64,000 nt of DNA, from contig JYFJ02001888.1 in assembly GCA_000934665.2 (NCBI GenBank), positions 1 to 64,000 on the forward strand. The letters are read 5' to 3'. The stretch comes from Catajapyx aquilonaris. Its lineage: Eukaryota. Shown here piece by piece: positions 39,501 to 51,341 of this stretch (its first letter is position 1; every line of letters begins with the position of its first letter). The notes under the pieces were generated by a model. The model was not told the origin of the DNA. It made no database searches and was given only the letters and a program-made list of their open reading frames with translations. The position numbers and the translations under genes are program-made.

Positions 39501-42500
39501 TGCATGGAAGGCAAGTTATTCGGTCCATTAAAGAAATGCCACGGCAACGTTTTCTCTTTGATTCAACGCTAAGGGCAATATTCTCAATCCACGAGAATAT
39601 TAATATCATGCACAAAAAAAAGAGTCCAGGACGGATGAACTTCTGCGGGCTGTTTGAAAATTATAAGAGAAAACAAGTATGTATAACTTGGGCAACCCTC
39701 GCCTAATGAATTTTAATTTAAGGAACAAGTTTTGCAATTCTTGATAGTAGTAAATAATTACAAAGATGAGTTACTCAAGTGGTATGTACTTACCCATTTT
39801 TGTGTAGCTCTTTTTTGCTGACACACACAGCTGTGAATGGATCTTCTAGAAGACACATCTCACGCTTCTTGCAGTTAAGCGCTTGGCACAGGTCACCTGA
39901 AGTTCATGAGAAAATGCAACACTTAGTGACGCATACAACATTATGTAGGCAGATGCAGCTTCCAATGACTCAAGTAACAGCCACATTGCAGTACTCATAT
40001 TTCAAGAAGAAAAAAATTACCACATTCAACACAGTACAATAGCCCTTGATTTTTTGTGTGTAATTTTTAAATTCAGGTAATTGATACGTAAAATGTAGGC
40101 TAGAAGCAGGATTTCCTGTCACTATAGTTCAGATAGCTGTCAGTCTAAACTGAGTGATTGAAATACAGTTCAAGAAACTGCTTATTATTATGCATGTAAA
40201 ATGTCCAGATAACATCTGACGATAAATTTTCTTGAATCAATGACAGTGACAGATGCGGATGAAAAGGCGGATTGAAGAAATCTGTCTTCAAAAGTGATAT
40301 AAATGTCAGATTACATATCCTCGACATATCAAAGGAAAAAATAGGCGTCCAACAGTCTTGTTTGATGTCACCTATAACGAGCACAATAGCATTGTTACTG
40401 AATAGGCTACTACCCAAAATTAAATGCCTGTAAATTTTCTTTTGTTACTCCTGAAACACAACTAATTCCACTAACGAACACGGGTCTCCAAAGTGTCACT
40501 AGACTGCCTCCCATTATCATTCATGCTTCACGTCGTCAAACGTGAACTAAAGCCTCTTAACAACAAATCGGGTTAGAAGCCAAGCCCTACAAATCTATAC
40601 ACATCAAAATTCTCCACCAGTCTTGTCACACACACAAAAAAAAACTTAATATCTTCATGTCATTCTAACATCTAAGTCACTACGACACTATAGAGTCGTT
40701 ACTTGAAATTCGTGAGGCATAGTTGTCCTAATAACCCTTCAGTCGTGGGTTGCAACTCCCTGTTTCACACGGGGTGTAATATATACATTGGCCTGGTTGG
40801 GTCTTTTGTTTTTCTGACAATAACTGGTGAAACAACGCTGCTGTAATGAATGTCAATTTAATCAGGAGGCCTGATCTCAGATGAGAAAGAGGTGGGGGTT
40901 TTGGTGAGTCGGAGGGGAGGTCGGGGTTCATCAAATTCAGCTCGCGAGGGCTCAAGACAAGGCCTTATTTCGTGCCTAAATTGGAATCGTGTCGACACGT
41001 GCCATTACGACCAGGATGTACTTATAGTATAGGTAATGACAAAATGGTGTTCAATAATACAAGCCTGATTGGTCTGGTCAATCTCAGTCAATTTAAATGT
41101 CTGAAATTGTCGGTGGACTAATTTCACTTAAAATTATATTTTGATATTCAAAATATGACGCAACAGAATTTTCTTCTTAAGCATTTATACAACCGGCCCT
41201 AAGTTGCTGATGGGAATGTAGTGGAAATTTGATATTTTCAGGACGTGTCCAGCCATGTCCACAACAGCTCTGCGCAATATTGGCGTGGAGAAAACCCAGT
41301 GACATTCATAAGTTATCCTCCCCGCAGGTAAGTTATTTCCGAGACTGCAAGGAGATCGATGTGTCACCATGGTTACAGGCTGTTGCATCTTTTCCCCCCC
41401 CCATTTGTTTCCCTTCTTCTTTTTCTTCTTTTTTTTTAAGGCTACATGGGACGACAGGCGGGAATGCTTACTACTTATGAATTCGTCACGTGACACAACT
41501 TTTTTTTGTCGTACTTTTCGCTGCGGGGGTACAAAGTGACAAGTAAATTCTAAATTATCCGATTATTTGATAACGCGTTCATGACTACAAAGAGAATTTT
41601 CAACTCAAATGCTACGTCAGGAAATGGCAGAAAGGCAAAAGAATCACTTCAAGTTGGAATGTCATTAATTAGTAAGCAATCTAATCGACAACAACAACAA
41701 CAACAACAACGTTAATAATAATAATTTTTTAATTAGAGCAAAAGACAGAACAAACAATGGGCAGAATTTATTAGAATGTCCCCAAATTTAAATACCTAAT
41801 AAGTGCAAATAAATCCTGGGGTGCAGATACAATAAAGCTCTTAGATAGTAAGATAATTGAGAGCTATAAAACAGTCGCGTTTGAAACACCCAGCACAACC
41901 TTCTCCTTTTTTACGATACCTGTTTTATTCCCCTTCACGACACTTTAAAATCCTTTCGGCAGTGAAATCTTCAATTTGCCGTTGGAACCAGTAATAACGC
42001 GTCTATTTTACTCAGTTGTGTTTTAACGCCCACTTTTTCCCCACTCCCATGGGAAGCTTACAGATAAAATTACTGATGGGAATCATCATCCCTGAAGAAT
42101 GTTACTTTTGCCCTTCATCGTCCTCTGACGTCAAAGTGGGATTAACTAGAGCCCAGCCTATCCATAATATCATTCGCGTAAATAAACTTTTGATGTAGTG
42201 ATTAATCCTACTTATACTGCTAGCAATAGTGCAGAGTTATAGTGGCTAAAAAGTTCATTGATCGTTCTAAAGGTGATCCACATAAAAGTAAATTGTGTGG
42301 CAGTACAACCAATAGTTATTTGTAATATTTTTTTGATGATGGCAGTAGCAGCCATGATATCATCTACGTTACAATTACTTTATGCAACTGGAGTTTTACA
42401 AAGTAATTCTGAGTCCTACAACCCACATTACGCTCAAGTTTCGCAAAACAAACACCATGTCGCTTCAGTATTAACAGGCGCCATCTGCCATCATTCTCAG

Positions 42501-45500
42501 TCAACACATTTGAAAAGAAATAAATCCCGCCTGCGTTTTTTTATCACTATAAAACCGCTTCTTTTCCCCGCTTTTACGTCTTTCCCAAAATCCCCCACCT
42601 CCTCGTCCGCAAGCAATAAACTTTGGTTAAGACTCGACGAGAATTAGCGAACTGTGAAGAGCATCATCGGTAATAAAGGAAGCGGCCAGGGGTTTTAACC
42701 TCTCCCTTAGTGGCCCATGGTCACACAGGTTATAAACCATCATTAGAAGGCCCGTGCCGGCCATAGCCAAACGGAGCTCCGAAAGCACTATAACGACAGC
42801 TATTTTTTCCCCCCTCCCTCCACAGAGCCATTGACAAATCTAGGTCTTACAGGACCTCTTCTTCCAGGTTATTACTCCCACGGCGATTATTATTGGTGAC
42901 CATGTTTTAGGGTTACGGTTAGATTGTATCAATTTGGCAGTGATACTTTTTCCTTGCCTCTATAAAAAAAGTACAAGTCTGTACTTCATGAATTACAGTA
43001 CCAAGACACATACTTGACCAAAAACTGAACGAATATATTCCAACCGTACTTCAAAAATTAAATGTCGAATAACCCTGTCACAAGGATCTCGACATGGAAA
43101 TGGTTTGTCAGGAGAGAAATTCACACCCCGATAAATTATGATTAATACGCTGTCAGGTGGGAAAATGTCTTTTTCGAGACGTGTCAGGCGATAAGTAATC
43201 CATCAGATTCCCTCCAAGGCACAGGGTTAAGGGTATAAAACTCCACCGGAAGATTATGTTCACCAAGCATCAAACTTTAAGCCAAAAATATTGTCACAGA
43301 GATGTAAAAAAAAAATGTCACAAAAGGCGACATTAAGCTCTCGACAAATTATCTGGATTACTGTTTTGTTTGTTAAAAAAGTGTGAAGAGCAATAACAAT
43401 CAGAGATTACTATACCTTTGTGGTGCGACAGTTACTCTCAAACCGGATCTATTTAATACCCAATATATCCTTGCAAATTTTTTTTTGTCGGCATAACCCA
43501 TACAGGCGTTTCCATTTGATTGAATATTGACGCTTTCGAACCAATGTTCGTTCGCTATCAATTTTTTTTAACAAACTATTTTTAGCATGAATGCATTAAA
43601 ACCAACCCATGCATGTGCAAAGCCTCCCCAAAAAAATATAATCCGCTTCGAAATCACCACATCGCGACGTTTAATAGTACATGGGGACACGGATGATTAG
43701 TGGCCATTCACTATTCCGCATGGTGGGGGGGATTAAAGCTCGAAATCAATGGAATATATCAACCGACAAGTGTTCATTTTCACGGTCTAAAATTGCCTAC
43801 TGGTGTGTAGGGGAAATTGACCGCATCGTACATAACTGGCTTTGCAGTAATGAATGAGACTGTATTTCCGGTCGTGAAGTCCGTTTTCAAAAGTAATGCT
43901 GGGCAAGGAAAATAATGTGTAATTATTTGGGATACGCCCGAGCAATTATCACGCAAGCCTACTCTGTACCACAAAACACATGTGGTGTAACCATACACCA
44001 TACACGTACACCGAAGTTAAACTACCGAGGTTAAATCTCCCAAGTAGTGTTGTTGGTTGCATAGCGCCAGGATACGGTATCCTGGCGCTATGCAACCAAC
44101 AACACTCTAGTAACTTTACCTGCTAAAGCGTGATCATACCGTCTTAATTTAATAAAAATCCAGAATTGGGTCGGTTGTAAATTATATCTGGAACCAGATC
44201 CGGCCTAAAATTCGGGATTTGGGCCAGTCGGGTTTTAAATTCTATCCGATTAACCCTTCTCTGTGTCCCCGGCTCATCACATATATATCTTACTGTATTT
44301 GCATGTGAAAATAGTGGAGGCTGGTGCTCCTGAAAACCAGATCCTGCCGTCATCTGCTACTGACGGTTAAAAGCTCGCCTGAGTGAATGAATAATGGTTC
44401 GCCCCCACCTGGCCAGAGGCAAAACACGGGTGTTCTGCATGTGTTGTGTTACCATACTAGAAATGTGCACAGGGCTTTTTCGTTCCGCAGAATTTTTGGC
44501 GCATAGCATTGCAAACCGGGCTTTGAAGTGGGATGAAATTCTGCACATGTCTTTGAAATTTTCCTTCATACCTTCAAAACAACATATTTTCCTTCTTATT
44601 CTTATAAAAGCATCAAATGTGGTGTCAGTACCACAAAAGCCACATAAAAGGCTATTTCAAAATCATTCAAATAGAAGGATCCAATATTCATTTTAAATAA
44701 TCAGTCTATATGAACACCTCACACGTGTCGGTTTGAACCATGCCCTAATGATCCGCCCCCATATTAAATCCCCCTAGACTGATATGATTTAAGCTATGTA
44801 AAAAAATAAACCTCAACGCCAAAATGGATAGGTTTGAATGCGAATTCGTGATTAATGTTAGCGGCCCTTTATAGCCAGTCACATCCCAATTGAATTACTA
44901 TTTTCTGGCTGTGAACGCATATGGTGCATTATTTTTGGTCTGGCTACATTTAAAATCGCTATGAATAATGCAGTGTGAAAGGGTTTTGACAATTTTCCGG
45001 GTCAGCCAGATTGGACAAGCGCCGCTCAATTAATGAACATAAAGTTGTTAACCGTTATTCTATTCCTGTGCAACCTAACGCGAAGTAATCAACGTCGTGA
45101 TTTCCGAAACACATTTTAGTACACGATGCCAACCACACTGTGCTGTCATGTTACTTTAGGTCACAGTCTGATCAGATTTTCGTACAAGGCTATCACACTG
45201 TACCCAAAATATATCCCAGCCAGACGAGCTCATGTCGCGACATTTTCTGAATAGCTTGCACGCACATGCAGTTCTGCACTCGACTGCCCCCCTGCAGCAC
45301 CTCTGCCAATCACCAACCCACAAATCTATATAACACCCGCATTGCCTTTGTTACAAACCACCTTAGCAATTTTCGTCCAAACCACAGACTCATTAATTTT
45401 GCCCACATAACAGAATTCTCATCCATTTTACTATTCAATAGTTCAAAGAGTGTTTCAGAAAATTCATTGACTCTCAATGTGGTCGTATCAGGTATATCTG

Positions 45501-48500
45501 GGGTCCATATTGTACTTTTTTTTTTTTTCGGAATGACTGACCCCTGCTTTGGTTTTTGGACGAAATTTTTTTGGGTGAAAAATACGTCGGGCAGGAATAA
45601 TGCCGGACAAAATTTCTTTGGGCAAGTATTTTCGGATGAAATTACAGTATATGCCACAGTATATGATATTTTTGGTGAGGGTTTCGGGCCAAGTCTGCAG
45701 ACTTGGCCATTTCTCCCCAAAACAAACCCTTCTCGTTAAGCCCACTTCGCTAATCCAATCCCTCTCTGTCTCCAGGGTACCAGCACATACTCGATTATCC
45801 TCTCTGATTGCACCACTTCTGCATGCACGTACGTAAAAGAAGGAAAAAAACCCTTTCCCCTTCTTTCCCACTTTGATGTCCGGTGTGTCACCCCTCGGGA
45901 CATCTAGGAGGCATGTAGGTCGAAAAATGGAAAAGCACTCTGAAGTGGTTTGTCGCACAAAAGGTACCTAGCGGGAGTGTCATGGCGGCTCCGGTTGTGA
46001 CATCACGGTTCCCGCGACAAAGAGCATGACCGCGAGCTAATTCAAGTTCGCAAGAAGAACATAGTACCACAGACGCTAGCCTCCATTTTCGAGCTGTCCC
46101 AATGAGCTCGTGAGGGTGAGATGGCTGGGGGTTGTAATGGGCTCTTCGTGAGATTTTCCCAACTCGAGCTTTTCATGTCGGGAGAGCTAAGAGAACTAAT
46201 CGAGGTGCTCAATATGCTGGTGCAAGAGGCCAGATTGAAAGGGTGATTAGTGAGTGAGAGGTTAGCCGTATGCATCCACTTTTGCGGACGGAGGTCACTC
46301 GAGGATTGAGCCATTAGTTGGGGCTGTTGACCACCGTGGTACTGGTAAAGATGCGGTTTAATTTGTGATAGGTACAATTGGATGCTGTGGAGTAACACCC
46401 ACTTTCAAGCTCTCTAAAAAAATTAGATTTAAAATTTCACTCAAAATTTCACAGGTGCAGCACAGGTGTGACATTCAAAGCCCTTTTTATCAAAACTGTT
46501 TTCATGTGGGTTGACTCATTATTGGCTAACACCGTCCAACTCAAATCGAGTGGAAAATTACTCGAAAGTAGAGTGAAAATGAACATGAAACTACTTTTTC
46601 AGTGAGCCAAACCCATTTCACTCAATTTGAGTGGAGTTTAGCTCCAAAAGAGTGGATGTCAACTCAAGTAGACGAAAGAGCGAAAATTACTCACATTGAG
46701 TGGAAAAACACTCGAATTTTTTTAGAGTGTGTATTTGAAGGAACTGTAGGCCCTATACAAGAATTAAGGGAAAGCAGCTCAAACAGATATCACTGGTGTG
46801 TCCTCGAGTTTCACTGGCCTCAGTGTGAAGTAGCCAAACTTTAATATGTCCTGAGTCCTTCTAAGATCTGCCTAATCGTGAAATCTGTCTAGATCCGTTG
46901 ATCGTACGCATACATTAAAGTACCTAACCTCCAATCCTGAACCTCCTAAACCCTCCAAGTAACTTAGTGATTAGGCGTAAGAGCTGGTCCATAACTTACA
47001 AGCGACCACGAGAATGACCCTTTAAACGCTTCAAATTGATCCTTCATTATCCAATCACGCGTACTGTACATTAAAGTGTATGAGCAGTTCATCACTCTGA
47101 CGTTGATAATACCGGAATTGCTCAATATTCCTCCATAAATCTAAGAAACTTCACTGGGAAACATTACAAAAGCGTGACCCACCCGAACTCGAACAAAAAA
47201 CCAATCATAACCTTAGCGACACCTGACGGTCCAATCCATGTCGCCATACCTATATTTCCTAGAAAAAAAAGTACCAACCTGGCAACCTCCATTTGAAAAA
47301 TCGGTCGAGTCAAGCAGCCCGTAAAGAACTGGCATTCATGGAGGCCTGAATGGGTCACAATTTTTCGTTCCGCCGGACATTTATTCTCGGGGACCAAGTC
47401 GTTTGACATGACCCTTGAAAAGCTTTCGCGTTCACCTTTCACCAACAGGTCTGCATTTATAAATAAGCAAAACGGAGGGCTTCCACCAGACTGGAAAAGA
47501 AGGTACGAACTACGCTGCCAACTGCGACGTATCCAATATGTTTGATTGCTATGTCTATTTATGCGCCAGTACTGTATCGATCTGCATTGGCCTTTACTGC
47601 ATGCACACACTATCAGTAAGATATGTATTCAAAAATAATCAGTCAACGTTGTTCGGCTGAGAATAAACGCTGACCTGGATGCCTCTGAATTGATATGGCC
47701 TTTAGTATCACTGTAATTCATTCTTGGGACATTTTCTGATGTGGCAGAAGTGCAAATCGAAGTGACTAGATAGGCGTGAGCCGTGCGAGTAAGAAGAGGT
47801 ACGCCTTGAGTGACGTCACCGGCTGGGGGGCAATGGAGAAAAGGCTTGTCCCCCACCCAGTGACGTCACCCAAGGGCTACCATTTCTTACTCGCACGGCT
47901 CGCACTTCGATTGGCACGTCTGCCGCATATGAAAAATGTCGCTAGCAGTATGACGGAATTAATGTTCAGCACTGTACTGGATCTTTCAATGCGTCATATC
48001 CTGGCTGTACGTTATGAAATTGGTTTATGGCTACATTTTATGTGCATTTTATACACGTGTTACAGTGCAAATTGCACCTTCAGTGGTTACGCTTGCCAAT
48101 GATTTTCCTGTCAAATTATGCAACGTTACTACCAGAAGCTACTCTGAAAAATACGAACTCTGGTCCAAGAAACATTCAATTCTGCCCCCCCAACTTTTAC
48201 AAACTGCATATGAAAGAAAGTCCAAACTTCTTAAGCGCCGGTTTGCTATAAGCAACACGGCTTCCGGCACGTTCTTCATATCCCCCCCAAAAAATGCATA
48301 AACAGTCATGTCACGGGAATTACCTCTTGAAATGCTAGTTTAGCCTTCTTCCTTCTTTATTGCCACCCGGGAGCCATTGTTCGGCTAAAAGCATAAGGAG
48401 AAGGCTGGAGAAGGGAGGAGCCCTTCTTCAAGAAAACACAGTGAGAAAGATGGCGGGCAAGAAAAGGGGACCCTCTCAGAAATTTATTCTGCGTAAGTGG

Positions 48501-51341
48501 AAAAGCCATAGAAAAAAGTAAAAAAAAGTTCCCATTCTGCCCAGGGAATTAGCAGTCAAAAAAGATGGAGCGCTGTGGAGAGATGCTTCCTTATTCCACC
48601 TGATCTGCACCCAATTTGCTTCAACTAGGTATAGGACCAACCTTCCCCAAATGAGATAGAGGCATTTGAGGTTCTTATGTATACATATAAAAAGAAGGAA
48701 GGGAGGAGAAGAAGGTGGCGTTGCTATGACGACTGCCCATTATGTCTATTAAAGAGGAAAAGGAAGTGCCCCTACTTTTTGGGGGGAAGCGAAGAAAAAA
48801 TATTAATGGTGCGGAAGATTGGATTTATGGTGCTTCTGCCACGTCTAACTGCTCTGGAATGAGGTGACATGATGGCATATTCTTCTACATCTACAGCATG
48901 GGCCATACAGCAAACTAAAAAGTACGCAATAACTGAATTTGCACCGTTGGCATATACAGGGTGTTAATCCTAAGCGTGTTACCAGAAAAGGTGGTGGTAG
49001 AGGGCGCAGACGAGCATTTTTGCATAAGGAACTAGGGGTCGGAAACGCACCCTCACCGAGTTACGCCCCTTTTACGTTTGCGGCAGGCAGTGTGCAAGAG
49101 GCGTGCGGCACGCAGCGGAGTGACTCGGTGAGGGTGCGTTTCCGACCCCTAGTTACTTGTGCAAAAATGCTCACACATGCGCCCTCTACCACCACCTTTT
49201 CTGGTGACACGCTTAGGATTAACACCCTGTACAATAAATCATATTTAACTCGTACTTGTTTAGTCAACAAGTTAATACCTTGTCGGTCGTTTCAGTGCCA
49301 AATTCCTTCGATTTCACGCCACAGCAGCCACTGCACTGATGGCACATTGTCCCATTAGTCCACTTTAGACCCGCATGAAGGCGCCCCTCACTGTACCAGG
49401 CTCAAGACACTTGCCTCCTGCAATCTTGACATACGGTAAATTGTGTTTGTGTCAACGCGCTATTCGAAACTGTCAGGCCCAAATCCAATGGTAAATCCCC
49501 AGCTGGAGGTCCTCTGTGCAATCTGTATTGTGCATTGTGCAGGTGTCACTCGATAATGTGGCTTACGGGATGGTTGAAGGCCATGAAAACCGAGGTGTAA
49601 AGTATCACAACTGTTATGGACCAACACTCTAACACGCATCAATAAGAGGAAAACATTGTTTTGAAATGTGATTATTCGTCCCATTGAAGTATTTCATACA
49701 CAACCCATTGTTGAAAATGTGTCACGAATGATTTTCAGAAAGTCCATATATCATGTATCCAAGGCAACATCCAGTGACAAAGACTCACCTACCACAGTAT
49801 TCCACAGATTCATATATACTAGAAAAAATGGGCTTAACATTTGATTCAAAGCTAAGCTTCCCGCAGAAACACTTACTTTGAATAATATGATACTTTGGCC
49901 GGAGCAGCGCCATGCAATATAATCCTACCTGAATCGCACGCCAAAAATGCATGCAATATTTTACCACAGTTTCAATCGACACAGAACATTAGTGTTAATC
50001 GTAATATCCGCACTTTGCGCACCCATGAATTGACGTATTTAAACTCCAGCGTTATGAACTTCCAATTGACGGCGTCACACTTATCTGTTACTCCATCGTA
50101 AACTGTTGCCACAAAAGGAGGCAATAAATGAAACAAACTGGGACGTAAAAGGGAATCCAGCAAAAGAAGCTGGCCACATCGACTAAATCCAATCCTATCT
50201 GTGAGAGAGCAGGGTCCGGTTTTATGGATCCGAAAACGGATAATAGTGTGGGCAATCCTGACTGAGATAGTATGCGTGTATGCATTGTTGTAACCGCAAC
50301 GCGTGGCGTGATATGAAAAATAAATGCGGCGGTACCGTTTATTGTTGCTGTTAGGGCCGGAATGAGTGTTTGTTTGTTGATTGGGCTCAAAACCCGGGCT
50401 CCCCCCATTTTCCGAAAGTTCGCATCGCGTCCATTGGCCCTCGAAGTGCTTATGCAGCTCAATTAACCCGGAACGATGCGTATAGTTGCAAACTTTGGGA
50501 GTATTTAAGGCCAATTTTCAAGTCGGCCTGCGCTGTTACGCCCGTTCAGAATTTTCATTTTCATGCCAAAAACATGTAATGGGGCTGAAAAGTTTTTAAA
50601 CGGACGCCACACTTTGATTTCAATTTCTAGTGTTGTCGTTCAAGTTGCTTAAATGCAGATGTAACAATATGTCATCATTTTATTATCACACATTATATTT
50701 CAGTAGTGTCCCTTTCAGCTAGCAATATTATTCATTCATTCATTCATTCATTCATTTAATGAATGAATAATATTGCTAGCTGAAAGGGACACTACTGAAA
50801 TATAATGTGTGATAATAAAAATGATAACTAATAATGATAATGCTTAACTGCAGATGTAGTAATAATATGTCATCATTTTATTATCACACATTATATTTCA
50901 GTAGTGTCCCTTTCAGCTAGCAACATTATGCCACTAAATATCATATCATAAACTAATATATTCGATGACCCATAAAAGTAACTGCTTACATATACACATT
51001 AGTGCCAAAATTGCTAATTCAAAGTGGACGAAAAATGTGTATATTCATTATGAAATAATGACATGTGTATGACAGTGGTGTAGATGTCCTATCCGGTCCT
51101 ATCTTTATCCTGGTCTTGAAGCACCGGCCCCTTCACACACACACACACACGTCCTCACCGTGGGGCCTGTGCGAATGGTTGCTTCACGACCATGATAAAG
51201 TGGCCGGAACTAATTGAACCCGAAATGCACTAAAAAGATGTTATAGATAGAGTTATAATAAAAATATTTATTTAAATACTCACTGGTCGGGTCCAAAATC
51301 CATGTCTTCTTATCTCCCTTCTTACTGCTTTTCGTTTCTTC
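6851..51341 (-). CDS. Cow: Testican/SPOCK-family secreted proteoglycan (Carrier of wingless-like), 5'-partial, 10 coding exons, 451 aa in window
   Basis: Exons 51284-51341, 39794-39896, 39097-39258, 19115-19263, 9622-9809, 9034-9112, 8823-8951, 8277-8534, 7016-7153 and 6851-6942 all have AG/GT boundaries with matching phases and sum to 1356 nt. Domain order: follistatin-N, Kazal, SPARC EF-hand, thyroglobulin type-1, acidic tail. Confidence 0.93.
7016..7153 (-). CDS. Cow: Cow exon: thyroglobulin type-1 domain
   Basis: GAYVPDCDNDGYYKSTQCHGSVGMCWCVDKHGVEYANTRTRGKPDC contains the CWCVD motif; phase 1-1. Confidence 0.95.
7592..7903 (-). mobile_element. tRNA-derived SINE, apparently full length
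   Basis: Minus-strand head has Pol III A box TGGTGCAGTGG (7885-7895) and B box GGTTCGAATCC (7841-7851), followed by a non-tRNA body and an A-rich tail. A second copy of the body lies at 31898-32045. Confidence 0.8.
8277..8534 (-). CDS. Cow: Cow exon: SPARC-type extracellular Ca-binding EF-hand pair
   Basis: CKREVQWMFQHLNVDDDTQLSLQEL...ERCMKPFFDRCDSDRDIFISPDEWCKCF; phase 1-1. Confidence 0.95.
8823..8951 (-). CDS. Cow: Cow exon: start of SPARC EC domain
   Basis: DCTPAAMETMGNRLLDWFSVVMAE contains the RLxDWF motif; phase 1-1. Confidence 0.93.
9034..9112 (-). CDS. Cow: Cow linker exon
   Basis: HSKLANPEDNEVLSNKVGISTNSWKK; ttttccag acceptor; its phase 0-1 bridges the neighbouring exons exactly. 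Confidence 0.8.
9622..9809 (-). CDS. Cow: Cow Lys/Tyr-rich basic exon
   Basis: AEPVIRLKKKDKEGRVNFINKYKF...YRFTPEEIKFKNKHYKYLKYTKYNK; strong codon bias; phase 1-0. Confidence 0.88.
11758..12450. repeat. Degenerate minisatellite, ~30-bp unit, roughly 20-25 copies
   Basis: Recurrent unit resembling AATCGCGCTTAAAATAGCAGTTATTTTCC. Confidence 0.85.
14280..14500 (+). mobile_element. Possible LINE ORF2 3'-end relic
   Basis: LSFFNRSV at ~14452-14485 resembles the SFFPRTVRDWN end motif of CR1/Jockey-group ORF2; the rest is decayed. Confidence 0.25.
16590..17330 (-). mobile_element. Possible decayed SGNH/esterase-type LINE ORF1
   Basis: An interrupted frame contains LTLDSEIRH, SFATGKKLREI and ILGASSDELTRG in the order of SGNH blocks I-III; multiple stops. 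Confidence 0.3.
19115..19263 (-). CDS. Cow: Cow exon: Kazal domain
   Basis: QCTPCPVVKPTFLCGTDNRTYSSMCRLDYHNCIHHSEVKISCKGFCPCK; phase 2-1. Confidence 0.95.
25574..25612. repeat. 14-bp GC-rich tandem repeat, nearly 3 copies
   Basis: GGGGGCGAAACGGC x2 followed by GGGGGCGAAAA. Confidence 0.8.
28294..28449. mobile_element. Palindromic MITE, related to 54251-54409
   Basis: ~58-bp imperfect inverted arms sharing the core AGTAAGGGYGAAAGTCGC with the 54.3-kb element. Confidence 0.65.
29819..29908. mobile_element. hAT (Charlie-type) MITE, 90 bp
   Basis: CAGTGGTTCCTAAAGT...AGTTTGGGAACCGCTC termini; 8-bp TSD CAGTACAG / CTGTACAG with central TA. Confidence 0.8.
31731..31897. mobile_element. Palindromic MITE
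   Basis: TGGGTCTTTCATAACTTCACATTGCA...TGCAATGTGAAGTTATGAAAGACCCA plus an inner 29-bp inverted pair (AGTTAAGCATTCTTCACATAAAAATATT). Confidence 0.7.
31898..32045 (+). mobile_element. 5'-truncated copy of the tRNA-derived SINE
   Basis: ATCCCGGGGCCGGC...TGGTTTTCTGTGGTTT...GGACAATTCCGGGGTCGTTTC matches the reverse complement of 7730-7845. Confidence 0.8.
33593..33738. mobile_element. Palindromic MITE, related to 51103-51200
   Basis: Arms GTACTATGGRGCTCAAATTG and TTTATCCTGGTCTTGAAGCAACCCTTC with their reverse complements. Confidence 0.7.
34926..34994. repeat. (AAT)23 microsatellite
   Basis: Perfect trinucleotide run; explains the poly-Leu ORF 34859-35101. Confidence 0.97.
35621..35716. mobile_element. 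PIF/Harbinger-like MITE, 96 bp
   Basis: GGGCCGTATTCAGAGAG...CTCTCTGAATTCGGCCC flanked on both sides by the 3-bp TGA. Confidence 0.7.
39097..39258 (-). CDS. Cow: Cow Asp-rich exon
   Basis: (G)DIIVPKSKLKSGKNFEEPEAARDDDDDDTDDDDDDDDLYYEDDGENDDTVDAV(I); phase 2-2; gtaagt donor. Confidence 0.9.
39794..39896 (-). CDS. Cow: Cow exon: follistatin-N-like Cys module
   Basis: DLCQALNCKKREMCLLEDPFTAVCVSKKELHKNG; phase 1-2; absent from the ORF track. Confidence 0.92.
44046..44106. repeat. Perfect palindrome, 30-bp arms, 1-nt spacer
   Basis: AGTGTTGTTGGTTGCATAGCGCCAGGATAC-G-GTATCCTGGCGCTATGCAACCAACAACACT. Confidence 0.95.
46410..46729. mobile_element. Non-autonomous DNA element with CACTCTAAAAAA-type termini (EnSpm/CACTA-like)
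   Basis: CTCTCTAAAAAAATT...AATTTTTTTAGAGTG termini with internal ACTCAA/TTGAGTG subrepeats; the same right terminus recurs at 38687-38700. Confidence 0.55.
47728..47940. mobile_element. Palindromic MITE
   Basis: ~90-100-bp imperfect inverted arms (GACATTTT...GAGCCGTGCGAGTAAGAA...GTGACGTCAC...GGGGG) around a ~19-nt loop. Confidence 0.7.
48957..49229. mobile_element. Tc1/mariner-type MITE, 273 bp
   Basis: TA-CAGGGTGTTAATCCTAAGCGTG...CACGCTTAGGATTAACACCCTG-TA; ~105-bp inverted arms; TA duplication. Confidence 0.85.
50646..50928. repeat. Direct-inverted-direct triplication of a ~55-80-bp segment around a (TCAT)n run
   Basis: ATTATCACACATTATATTTCAGTAGTGTCCCTTTCAGCTAGCAA occurs forward (~50682), inverted (~50773-50817) and forward again (~50880). 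Confidence 0.9.
51103..51200. mobile_element. Decayed copy of the 33593-33738 MITE with an expanded (CA)n
   Basis: CTTTATCCTGGTCTTGAAGCA...CCTGTGCGAA..GGTTGCTTCA.GACCA.GATAAAG. Confidence 0.65.
51284..51341 (-). CDS. Cow: Most 5' Cow coding exon found in the window (58 nt)
   Basis: ttttccag|EETKSSKKGDKKTWILDPT(S)|gtgagt; the phase-1 end joins the next exon to give WILDPTSDLC, matching the WxxDPxSxLC stretch I recall from insect Cow proteins. Confidence 0.8.

Noticed and set aside
43070..43230. piggyBac-like ends (TAACCCTGT...ACAGGGTTAA)
   Set aside because: Only ~9 bp of inverted match and an imperfect left TTAA; could be chance.
45266..46398. Cluster of overlapping 118-157-aa ORFs, including an RT-like ELRELIEVLNMLVQEARLKG stretch
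   Set aside because: No YADD or other diagnostic motif, no splice-consistent model, and low-complexity composition.
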